A stretch of DNA of 63,954 bases, the filler included, from Lenisia limosa (Eukaryota > Protista > Breviatea): assembly GCA_001655205.1 (NCBI GenBank). It is 6 parts of 6 records of this genome, joined end to end, with 100 filler letters (N's around TTAATTAATTAA, not from the genome) between each part and the next. Parts side by side here need not be neighbours in the genome. Positions count along the whole stretch, not along the records: positions 28,454 to 38,063 come from LPNZ01004206.1; positions 38,164 to 50,196 come from LPNZ01010530.1; 4 more parts are not named here. One strand, given 5' to 3'. The translations under genes were made by a program, and so were the position numbers. Shown here piece after piece: positions 28,750 through 39,109 of the stretch. Below the pieces are notes generated by a model that worked only from the letters and a program-made list of their open reading frames with translations, did no database searches and was not told the DNA's origin. The stretch's first letter is position 1, and each line of letters begins with the position of its first letter.

Positions 28750-29395
28750 CAGGTTGTCAACCCCCGAAAATATGACTTCAACACTAACCACCAAAAAGAG
28801 ACCGAAAAGCTCTTCCGAGCTTATTTCTATTCCCTCACCATGGAAACGAAAGAAATTAGCCAATACACTCATACACTCTGAAAAGACACGAAGCTTACAT
28901 TTGAATATGACCCCCAAAACACGTAGATACCTCAGATCTCCCTCAATCAAACCAGTTGAAAGCTACAGGACACCCTCCGGATCAAGTAGCAAAAGAGGGG
29001 AAGAAAAGACTGAAGTCATCCAGAATATTCTTTCCAACACGGAAATTTCCCCAGGCTTTTTACGCCATGATCAATCAACCAACTCACAGGATGGTGGCTG
29101 GAAAAGGCTAATCATGGCTGGGTCATGCATCATGGTCATTTCTTGGGCCTGGGCGTCACGATCTCCACCGTTATGCTGGTTGGAAAGGGAAAGTGCAGAA
29201 GGCTCGTCAGGAATGGCGTTCCATCGCATCTGATGGTCCATCTAGGCCGATTAAAACAATTGGGGCACAAATAGGAGGCCGGAGGAAGGCAGAGTAGGGG
29301 TCACAAGGCCATGGTGGTGGGTTGGAAAGAGCTGATGGAAATTCCCCATCTCAAATATACCAAATCAGTCCCTTTACCCACAGAAAGCTGATGAC
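28750..29395 (+). pseudogene. Intronless, stop-interrupted coding-like relic, possibly a decayed transposable element or viral ORF
   Basis: About 210 codons in one frame without splice sites, interrupted by 7 TGA/TAG codons. No convincing family motif. Confidence 0.25.
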
Positions 29396-30042
29396 CGGGA
29401 TACTCTTCGTCTAGGGCGGAAGAACTAGACGAAGTCAGCGGGGGTGTTGCATTATGGGGATAACAGCTTTTACTATCAACAATGAAAAGGCCATATTGTA
29501 ATATTGGAGAGTATATGAGTCAAAAAAAATACTATTTGAAACTGCACCAACCTCATCTTGCGAAATTTCCCTGAATTCTAGTCAATATAGAGTAGAAAAC
29601 GAGTATATATCGATAAATGTTCGTGATTTGAGCTCCTATATCCAAATGGACGATTCACAGTAATAAAGGAACCCTAATAGGGAACTATTCTCGAATTAAA
29701 CACGTTCTATAATCCCTAATTGAATAGAATAACCAATTAGCTAAGGATAAAAAGGCTTCGTTGAAAAACAAAATTACTTAAGTCTCGAAAATATTCCGTT
29801 ATTTTGTATCGATATTCTTTCAGCAGAAAGCTTGTCTATTCCTATATGCCAGGTCTATTCAAATTCCATAACACAGTTATTGACATTAGATACAGTACAT
29901 TTATGAGGGGATTTACGTATGATAACCAGAGCGACAGCTGTGACAGTATCCAAAGTCACACAACTAGGGAATTTAATAAAAATACATGAAAGACACCACC
30001 ATAGAAGAAAAACGAACAACAAAAACACAGTGAGACTCGGAG

Positions 30043-32663
30043 TTATGAAGAAACGGGAAGGCCGAAACGAGCAGCTCTGATCTTCTTCTTCTTTTGGTCT
30101 TCCTCGGATGCCTGTAGGAGTAAAAAAAAAAAAGAGGAGTGGGAAGATGTGATATTGAAGCAACTATGTGGGTATTTTGCTGAAGCTGGATTGTCGTGAG
30201 GAATGAGGACTTTTGCTCTTTTTGCCAGACTGCACCCCCCCCCCCNNNNNNNNNNNNNNNNNNNNNNNNNNNNNNNNNNNNNNNNNNNNNNNNNNNNNNN
30301 NNNNNNNNNNNNNNNNNNNNNNNNNNNNNNNNNNNNNNNNNNNNNNNNNNNNNNNNNNNNNNNNNNNNNNNNNNNNNNNNNNNNNNNNNNNNNNNNNNNN
30401 NNNNNNNNNNNNNNNNNNNNNNNNNNNNNNNNNNNNNNNNNNNNNNNNNNNNCTGTTGGCTGAAAAGACATGAGTTGATAACAACAAAACAATGGGGTGG
30501 GATGGACACACAGCACCGCTTTGTTGAATTGAAAATACACTATTTGCCAGTAGCAACATTACCCCCTTCCCTCAAAGCATAAACAATACCCTCCTCCCTC
30601 CCTACGGCAGCAACACCAAAGCGTTCAGCGCGAGCCTGCTTCTTCTTGGCCTCTTCGCTGGCGTCAAGCACGGCAGCCTTGATTCCGAAACTGCAAAAGG
30701 TATGTTAAGAAGCTACAGGGGCATGAACTGGGCTTCCATATGGTCACAAAAAAAGACTGAATTTTTCGATAGCAATAAGGGGGGATGAGAAACTGAGGGG
30801 GGGGCATGAGAAGCTACGATAGGGGACCCCTCTTTTGCCTTTTAGATAAAAAAAAAACAGTTTTTGCACCCCACCGAGCAGCGCGTTTCTTCAGGGCCTC
30901 GGCATTGTTGCTAGGCTCACCCTAAGTAAGGTCAAAGGAAAACCAACAGATAGGTCTCTATGGTCTAAAAAAGACCGCAAAATATATATTTATAGAGAAA
31001 ATATCGAGAAATTTAGTCCCGTAGGGAAGAGCTCATTAGACACAATACAAAAATAGATCCTCTCGGGAATCATAAAAAGCTTTTTTTGGGCGTACTGAAT
31101 AGAGCAACTCGAAGAGTATTATATGTGATGCTCCGAGGTTCTTAAAATGCCATGTTTTTGAACTATCTGACTCCTGTTTAAAGAACAAACAATTATACAA
31201 CAGGTGACCCCTCAGGACGATATAAATGCCGAAATACCTTGGAGGGAAGTCCGAAGCGCTTGGCTCTGGCGGCACGGATAGCAGCATCGTCTTTCTGGTA
31301 CGTTAAAACAGGTTTTTTTCTGTACACAGTTTCTGGAATCATATGCAGATATGATAATAGGTTGTATCTACCGAAGCCTTTCATACTATCGAGATAAAAC
31401 TAAGATCATTGAGATAAAGAATGTCGATGGGGTTTGCAAGAAAATGAGAGAAAGAAAATTTAAAAGAGAGAGAGAGAGAGAGAGAGGAGAAAGAGAGAGT
31501 CAGCGAGAAAAGGTATGCTATTTTATGAATTACAGCAATATCCTCTTTCCCCATTACCTTGACTTCAGTCTTCTTTCCAAGATGGGCAAGCTTCTAAATT
31601 CGTAAAATATCCATCCTGGAGAAAAAAAAGTGAATGAAAGGAGCTCCAAATGAACGCCGGAGTTGTCATCCAGAGAAGTAAGGCGTAAATGAAAGGCAAT
31701 GGCGCAGCGCGCGGACAGAATGGCGTAGCCATGTTCAATGTGCAAAGGAGAAGATATTGGCTCATCCCCAGAATGGGTAAAGGGATTTTTTTTTTGCAGC
31801 AGTGGATATTGAATAGTTAGGCGCCCGAGGTGATGGGATGGTCAGTGCTGAGCCCGCTTACAGTTCCGCGGCCGCGAGGAGCCTTCTAAAACACGTCAAT
31901 GTGTGGATATATTCAGAAGATTGGCAAGGAAATAATAATAGCGGAGGAAAGTACATATATTCTGTTAATTGGTGAGGAAATACTCGGGATGATTGGCAAG
32001 GGGAAAAGTAAAGGAAATAATAATGGGAAATGCTAAGATGTGCCTGATTATTTTGAATGGGAACAGGAATAGATATCTGGATGTGGTTCAAAAGATGTGT
32101 GAGTTAAGAATACACAGGTAGAATGATATTACACATAAGCGAAGGCAATGATTTGATCAAAGAAAGCCCCACCTTGGGCTCAGCAACAGTCTCAGCCTCA
32201 ATGGCCTCAGTCTTCTCCTCGGCCTCAATAGCTTCGGCTTTCTCTTCAACTTCAACCTTGGGCTCTTCAGCCTTCTCTTCTTCTTCAGCCTTCTCCTCTT
32301 CCTCCTCGATCTTCTCCTCCTCCTTGACTTCCTCCTCTTCGGCCTCAGCCTCAGTGGAGGCAGTCTCGCCTTCAGCTGCGGGATCTGCAGCCTTTTCACC
32401 TGATTCCTCAGTGTTGGTTTCCTAGAGAAGAGTCAGAAGGCTCCAAAAAGAAAAGATGACAAACCAGGAACTCGGTGAGGCGCTTAAGGAGGACTTGCTT
32501 GTTGCCTATATCAATAAATCAAAACCAATAGGCGTAATCAATACCAGTGTGAGCAAGAGAGTGCTCCTTGCACATTTCCTTCAGTTGAGCGATTTTAAGA
32601 GTGGTAACTAAATATAAGTGAGAACTTCCTTGTTTAAAGGGTGTACTTACGATCAACAGCCAT
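30043..32663 (-). CDS. SARNP: SAP-domain ribonucleoprotein Tho1/SARNP/CIP29 (mRNA export)
   Basis: MAVD..VTTLKIAQLKEMCKEHSLAHTG-NKQVLLKRLTEFL (SAP domain), acidic linker, then repeated Tho1/MOS11 motifs AIRAARAKRFG, LKKRAAR-FG, KKKQARAERFG, KKKIRAARFG-TAA. Confidence 0.85.
31352..31390 (-). mobile_element. Family B 3' fragment
   Basis: Reverse complement reads AAGGCTTCGGTAGATACAACCTATT. SARNP intron, sense. Confidence 0.5.
31465..31500. repeat. (GA)n microsatellite
   Basis: Direct reading. SARNP intron. Confidence 0.9.
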
Positions 32664-33619
32664 AGTGTCAAAAAAAAGTGAGAAATAGACAAGGTCTAAT
32701 ACAATCAAACTAACTAAACGGTGAACCTAACAAGAGATAAGCAAGTTAAGAGGGTTTGTTCGTTGAACAAAAATTCACTAAAAAGGAGAAACAGTTGCTT
32801 CAAAAAACTAGGATATCTCAAATAATTATTGGACCGCCGCCCTGGCTTTCTTCTTTTTATGGGAATCTAAGCATGATCTAAGGCCCTTTCCGCCCCTCTC
32901 AGCCACCTGATTTAGCGTATTCTGAACAACTATCCCCAGTTACGCGGAGCAGAAGACTCCCCCCCCCCACGTCACACTCTCACCTCCTGTGATCAAAGTC
33001 CAAGCAACAGGTTCTTTCACCCCACCAGTTTCCCATTTTGATTGAGGCCTCACATTTGGTGGGAGGAATTTAATTGATCAGTATTTTTGCTAAGCAACTG
33101 GCCTGAGCTTTTTTCTGTATTGTTGATTTTAGGCTTTTTTTTTTATTTCATCAATTTTCCGATTTTTATGTACTCGTTAATATGTCATTGATGTAGATTG
33201 ACGTTCTGTTTATTTTGTCTTTATGAATGACTTGTCAGATCAAGGGGTTATTTGCGGGTTTATCAATAATTCATCGAGGATACATCTCAACTTGCTGAGC
33301 CCAACCAACTCATTCATTTGTAGTTGTCAGTCACAATAGCGTCCCCTTCCACTGACCAGGGTTCCAACCTGAACCCCCACGCTCCTTCTTTTGTTCCTCG
33401 TGCCGAACCATGTCAGAGCAATAAGGTAGGGTAGGGGGGATCTGGGGTGTATGCATATAAGAGGAAGTCTGAAGAATAAAGAACAGATGAGGATATTGAG
33501 GGGGGTCAAAAGAAAGGAAAATGTGTGCATGGGGGTACCTTTTTGTCAGTGCTGGGTTTGTATTGACGGGGTGACCCTCTTTTTTTGGGGGTGAGTGGCC
33601 ATTAAAAGTTGTTTTTGAG

Positions 33620-36600
33620 GGAAGGGGACCATTCACAGTCAACTAAAGCCACCAAAGGTATCACTTTCAATTACAAAAAGGCTGAATACTCAATAGATCC
33701 TTCAAAATATCGATATTCAATAATAGCTAGCGCTTCACTTCAAGTTCCAAAAAAGACTGATTCTTGATAAATCCTCGATAAATCCTTGATAAACATCAAT
33801 ATTTGGTCAGTCGTTTATAACCCAAGGTGAGGCTTTATTAATAGCTATATGGCATTTGGAACTGAAAGTGGAACGATTTGATTTAATCTGCCAGTCGAAT
33901 AACACAGAGCAGCAACCAGGAAAGCTCAATAAAAATGCCGCTAGTTTTGTCCCCCGAATTGTGAAGAGCAGCGCAGCCCACAGTGGGGTAGGCAGGGATG
34001 GGGGTGGTGGTTTGGGATTATGTGGCATAATACGGATACTACGTTTTTTTCCTTTCATGATATTCACTCGCTGCTACTTCGTGTTTTTCTCTGTTGATTC
34101 CCATTGATTTTGTCTTTTTATACAACGCAATCCCAACCCACAAGTTGCTCAAATAGTTAGCCAAGAAAAGAACTACCCTCTACTGTAGAAACAAAATGTA
34201 ACACCTTTCATTTGGGCAAGCAGAATCTAATTTGCACTTTGAAATTCTAAACATTTGTTTTTTTGGTTGGGAGCGTTGCGTCAACGTCGTTGGGGTCGAA
34301 TGACTATGGTAGTGAAATGGAACAATTAATAAAGGAATGACCTTACCTTTGCGGCAACAACACTTTTAATCCTCGCATTTGTGATGTGGTGCGCCATAAG
34401 TCGTTTTACAACCATCACAACGCATGTGTTGCTGATTATCTCAGGAGTAAACCCAGGAGTTAGAAACAAGACATTCACATAACTATACTGTTAAAAAGAC
34501 AATACCTAATCCTCAATGGATAGGAGCTCAAACATGGAGTCTTTTACGTAGGTTGGACTTTTCATGTCATCTTGAGGACATAAATAAAGTAAAAACCTTC
34601 AGTTAGGTATTACTCGTATTTACCATTTCCTCGTTAATGAAGCAGTAAAAAAGAAAAAGAAAAAGAAAAAAACAGGAAAATTGAAGAACAAATCTACTCG
34701 GCCGTTTCTTAAACTGGTCTGGGTTGAGATTGTGTATCATATTTTGGCTCTGAATAACATGTATTTAGCCTTCACCCCGTCACGTCGTGACACACAAGCC
34801 TCAGAAGTCGGATAATGGTATGATGGGAAGGGGGGGCTGATAATTACAGCAGGTCTGTTTATTATCTGGTTCTCTGTTCCAGATTTTGAAAATTGAATGT
34901 CGGATCGTTTGTTAAAAAAACGTTTCGGTTCTGGTGAATTTAATTTTATCAATAAGTGCATATTCATCATATTAGCAATGTTACAGTACACTCAGCCATG
35001 TTACCATTCTACTTGTGTCACATATATTTAGAGCTTTTCTCTCCAAGTACCAAGCAAGTGCCTGTAATTACGCCAAATGTTGACACAACAGCCACCTCTG
35101 AGGTATGTATTTTTTTTGTCCCATATATAGGGCTTCACTTCGGTTCAAATTCAGAGTTAATTTCTCGATAAATCCTCGAAAATTATCAGGCTTTTTCGGA
35201 CCGAAGTGAAGCCCTACCTATATCGCATGGCTTCCTACTTTGTATTACATTTTGTGCACTGTCCTTTAGTTTTTTAATCCCTGCATTATAAAATAGTGAT
35301 AATAGGAATGATGAACGTATATTCCTCTGACCCCGTGCATATCATCGTATCCCTCTTACGAACTCAGAGTGCAACAAAGCCCAAGGCAAAAGCAAAGAAT
35401 GCTCCAAAGAAATACAGCAAGTCTTCAGGTATGGGGGGTGGGGTATCCGTGAACAGTGTTCGTGGATTTTTGAGGTAAATGTTTGAATGAATTAATATTC
35501 TATAATCCAATAGTTCTTATAAGCGTGATGGTGTGGACTTAGTTTTAATTAATATCGGTACCTGTCGAAATAATATGATATATATTTTGGTGTGGACGGT
35601 TTCGGCCTGAAGCCATTGTGTTTTTGTTCTTACTTAGCATACATATTACATATATTACTATATACATGTAATTATACACATACATGTACATATATACATG
35701 TATATATTCTTTTTTTTTTTGTGACTGAAGTCAAAATAGTCCCACCTGCCACATCTGAGCCAAAGCCCTCTGTAAAGCCTCAAGAAGGTGCTAGAAAGAC
35801 TGCTGCTGAATCAAGCCACGTCAGGCCAGAAAAGCAAAAGCCAAAATCGAGTCAGCGTTGAAAGTAAAATCATATAACCATTCATGTATATTCCAGTAAA
35901 TTATACATAGTACATTTAGTAAAAAGATAAAAGATCTTATCGTCAATCTCTACAATATGTCTGTGTTATTCTTTGCAATCAAGTTAGAACAGACATATAT
36001 TTCATATCATATATATGTATATATGTATGATAGAAACAAAAGTTGAAACAAGCTGCAAATCTGAAGCAAAGACACCACATGATTATTCCACATTTGTTTC
36101 AAGTTTCTAATATATTTAGAACCACAACCAAAGCGGAAAAAGGCCGTAGAAACAACCGAGTTGGGAGGGAGGTATCAAGTTGTTGGGTAACAACAAGGGC
36201 TTCACTTCTGTTCGAAAAAAACTGAATTTTTCGTTAAATCCTCGAAAACTATCGATATTTTCCCGAGCCCTAGTAACAACAGTAAGGCTCATACATCTTC
36301 TTGTACAATTTATGTATGTTGAACTTGAATAGTTTTGTAACAAAATAGGAGAACTGCAGATCAGAATCTTTCTTTATTCATGACAAGAAACTTACAGATC
36401 TTTAGATCACTCTCAACTCCCAGTCCCTCAACCAGGCCGAAATCAGGATCGGAGAAGACTGCTTCAAGGTAAGAGGTTCACAATTGCAACAGCTTTTTAT
36501 TCCAGTGTGGTGGTATGAATTACTTCGGCTGAATACTACCAATTTTTCTCTCACATTTATGCTAACGATTTAGCTTAAAACGAAAAACAATCTAATATCG

Positions 36601-38030
36601 TAATACTGTAGAACAAAAGCGAAAAAGAAGCTTGGTAAGGCTCCTGAAACTCAACACTCACGATCCATTCGGGCAAAGACCAAGACCTATAATGACGTTG
36701 GTGGCTTTGTCATTATTCAATTTTTGTGTGATTTTAAAATTTACACCCTCCCCCCCTCACGAAAACAGTTGTTTATGGGTTTGTGTTAAATCCCCATTTT
36801 ACCCCCCCATCAGGTCGAGGCCGTGGAGGTTATGACAGAAACGTCCGAACGTCTTCTCGCAGAGGGCAACACAGAACTATCTGCTATCCTCTCAGGCAAA
36901 ATAGCAAGTACGTTGGTTTTTATTCTTGAAACAAGATTGGGAATTTCAGGGGAGGTCTTTGAGCCCGTGGACCTGGTTTGCTCTTCTGTCTGCCCCCATT
37001 ACTTTATGATCCTCTAGCCCGAGTCTGTTGTTTTTTATAATATCCATTCACCTCCCCCCAGGCAACACCCTTGATTGTCCGGTGTGCATGGAGTTCGTGA
37101 GACCAGCTGATGCGACCCATTCATGCAGTGTCTGTTTCGCCATGTTCCACCACAAGTGCATCAAACAATGGGCCAGCAAGGCCATGACGGCTGATGGTGA
37201 GGGGTAATGATAATGATGACGATGATGATGATGATAGTGATGATGATGATGGTTGTGGTGATGGTGATGACGATGATGATAGTGGATAGTGGTGGTGAGG
37301 GTGTCGATGATGCCAGCAGAGTTTATTTGGGCTTTTTTTTTGTTTCATAAATTTTCCAATTTTACCCTCCTCCCCCAGGCCGGGTTTCTGGAGTATGGCG
37401 ATGCCCGGGGTGTCAAAAGGAGAACTACGACCAACCATCCGAGCCAACTTGTTGTTGTGGCGCTGAGCAGGTACGTGCATATCGTTATAAATATGAATAT
37501 ATATTGTTTATAAATTATTCACTGGCCGCGATAAGCTCTGAAGGATTGACTAATAATGATAATATATCAATATCCATGTCAGGACAAGGGCTTCACTTCG
37601 GGTCGAAAAAAGATTGAATTTCCCAATAAATCCTCGAACTATCGTTATTGTACTGTTTTTTTTTGAACCGTAGTGAAGCCCTAGTCAGGCTTTTAGCGGT
37701 CACTGGGAAACACATTGCTACCACTCTCTCTATAATATACTACAATAAATGATATTCCACCAAGCTACTCTTCACTAACACCCTCTCTTAACTTTTAACT
37801 CGATAATAACTCTTAACTTTTAACTCGATAATAACTCTTAACTTTTAACTCGATAATAGCTCTTAACGTTTGAAAAAGCATTTTTTTAAAACAAAAAATA
37901 ACTTTACAATTCTCTCCCCAGCATCCCTTCCATAAACCTGGTGCACTATCACACACTTGTGGAGCAACTTGCTCGAAGCCGCGAACTGGGTCATCGTGCC
38001 CCCACGTCTGCCAGCAATTGTGTCATCCGG
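33620..38030 (+). CDS. NFX1: NF-X1-type RING/zinc-finger protein (start uncertain, 3' end cut by scaffold end)
   Basis: PAM2-like KLNKNAASFVPR, RING-like CPVCMEFVRPADATHSCSVCFAMFHHKCIKQWA, WRCPGCQ..PTCCCG, and NF-X1 finger HTCGATCSKPRTGSSCPHVCQQLCHPG. Confidence 0.8.
33728..33837. mobile_element. Family A MITE (hAT-like), degenerate
   Basis: TAGCGCTTCACTTC...GGTGAGGCTTTA, core GATAAATCCTCGA. Flanks ATAATAGC/TTAATAGC (7/8). Confidence 0.7.
35128..35216. mobile_element. Family A MITE
   Basis: TAGGGCTTCACTTCGGT...GACCGAAGTGAAGCCCTA. Flanks CCCATATA/CCTATATC (6/8). NFX1 intron. Confidence 0.85.
35514..35612 (+). mobile_element. Family B 3' part split by an AT-rich insert
   Basis: TATAAGCGTGATGGTGTGGAC [about 50 bp] TGGTGTGGACGGTTTCGGCC, with the 10-mer TGGTGTGGAC duplicated. 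NFX1 intron, sense. Confidence 0.7.
36195..36272. mobile_element. Family A MITE, right arm internally deleted
   Basis: AAGGGCTTCACTTC...GAGCCCTA. Perfect 8-bp TSD GTAACAAC. Confidence 0.85.
37205..37300. repeat. Degenerate (GAT)n/(GGT)n microsatellite
   Basis: Direct reading. NFX1 intron. Confidence 0.9.
37586..37683. mobile_element. Family A MITE
   Basis: AAGGGCTTCACTTCGGGTCGAAAAAAG...GAACCGTAGTGAAGCCCTA. Flanks GTCAGGAC/GTCAGGCT (6/8). Confidence 0.85.
37785..37867. repeat. 25-bp tandem repeat, about 3.3 copies (CTCTTAACTTTTAACTCGATAATAA)
   Basis: Direct reading. NFX1 intron. Confidence 0.9.
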
Positions 38031-38063
38031 GTAGGGGTGGGGTGTCAATAACTTGCTTATTTA

Positions 38064-38163
38064 NNNNNNNNNNNNNNNNNNNNNNNNNNNNNNNNNNNNN
38101 NNNNNNNTTAATTAATTAANNNNNNNNNNNNNNNNNNNNNNNNNNNNNNNNNNNNNNNNNNNN
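38064..38163. other. Synthetic scaffold linker
   Basis: N44-TTAATTAATTAA-N44. Confidence 0.97.
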
Positions 38164-38185
38164 TTTACCCCCCCCCCCTCTCCAA

Positions 38186-38646
38186 CCAGGGCTATAGAGG
38201 AAGGCATTGATTGGGCCATCAATTGCCCTCAAATGCACCCATCTTAACTACATGGTGAGAATTAGTGATTGGCAAATTATTGAATAATTGCGTAATAAGT
38301 TGCCATCGTTTGTAGAAAGCCATATAATATACAACATTATTATTTTGAAATAAAGCCAACCATTGAGTGGCTGTTAGAATAACAGTATTCAGTTCGAATT
38401 TATTTGTCTCAATCAAAAAAAAAAAAACCTANNNNNNNNNNNNNNNNNNNNNNNNNNNNNNNNNNNNNNNNNNNNNNNNNNNNNNNNNNNNNNNNNNNNN
38501 NNNNNNNNNNNNNNNNNNNNNNNNNNNNNNNNNNNNNNNNNNNNNNNNNNNNNNNNNNNNNNNNNNNNNNNNNNNNNNNNNNNNNNNNNNNTTGGCATAC
38601 ATCCGAGTTTTCGACATTTTGAAGAATGAACGGTCATCACTGCGGT
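38186..38646 (+). CDS. Isolated putative exon fragments of an unidentified gene
   Basis: AG/GT-bounded open segments (AIEEGIDWAINCPQMHPS; LAYIRVFDILKNERSSLR) separated by an N gap. Confidence 0.25.
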
Positions 38647-38706
38647 ATGGGATAAGCGGTATAGGATGGGGGGGGGGGTGATTGAGAGCTTGACTAATAT
38701 ATCATC

Positions 38707-38800
38707 TGGGCACTCCGATTCAGAAAAAGACTTTCATGATAAAAAATTTATACTATATTTTGTAGTTGACCATACTTTTTCGGATCGGAGTGAATCCCTC
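38707..38800. mobile_element. Family A MITE variant (CACTCCGAT arms), degenerate
   Basis: TGGGCACTCCGATTCAGAAAAAGAC...TTTTTCGGATCGGAGTGAATCCCT. Confidence 0.6.
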
Positions 38801-38805
38801 ATTAT

Positions 38806-38841
38806 ACGGCTTCGGCCAGATACAACTTTATTTCTCATTGC
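38806..38841 (+). mobile_element. Family B 3' fragment
   Basis: ACGGCTTCGGCCAGATACAACTTTATTTCTCATTGC. Confidence 0.7.
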
Positions 38842-39109
38842 TATATATGCATATATATATAATATGATATGATATATTAAATTGTAACCAAACATTCACA
38901 CTTTTGACAGATAAAATAGAGAAAGAAAGATGATACGACTCTATATATCAAATACAATCAAGGGAAGCAAAAAAAATACAACAGAGATTCCATAAAACAA
39001 AAATCATACTTCCGCATGGTTACGTGGTGAGGTGAGGTAGGGAGAGGGGGTATTGTGACAGTAGAGACTTAACCATCCCGTGCTATATTCTGCCTCCCAT
39101 CTCCTCATC

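Noticed and set aside
37785-37867. CRISPR array
   Set aside because: Head-to-tail units without unique spacers, inside a spliceosomal intron of a eukaryotic gene, with no cas genes.
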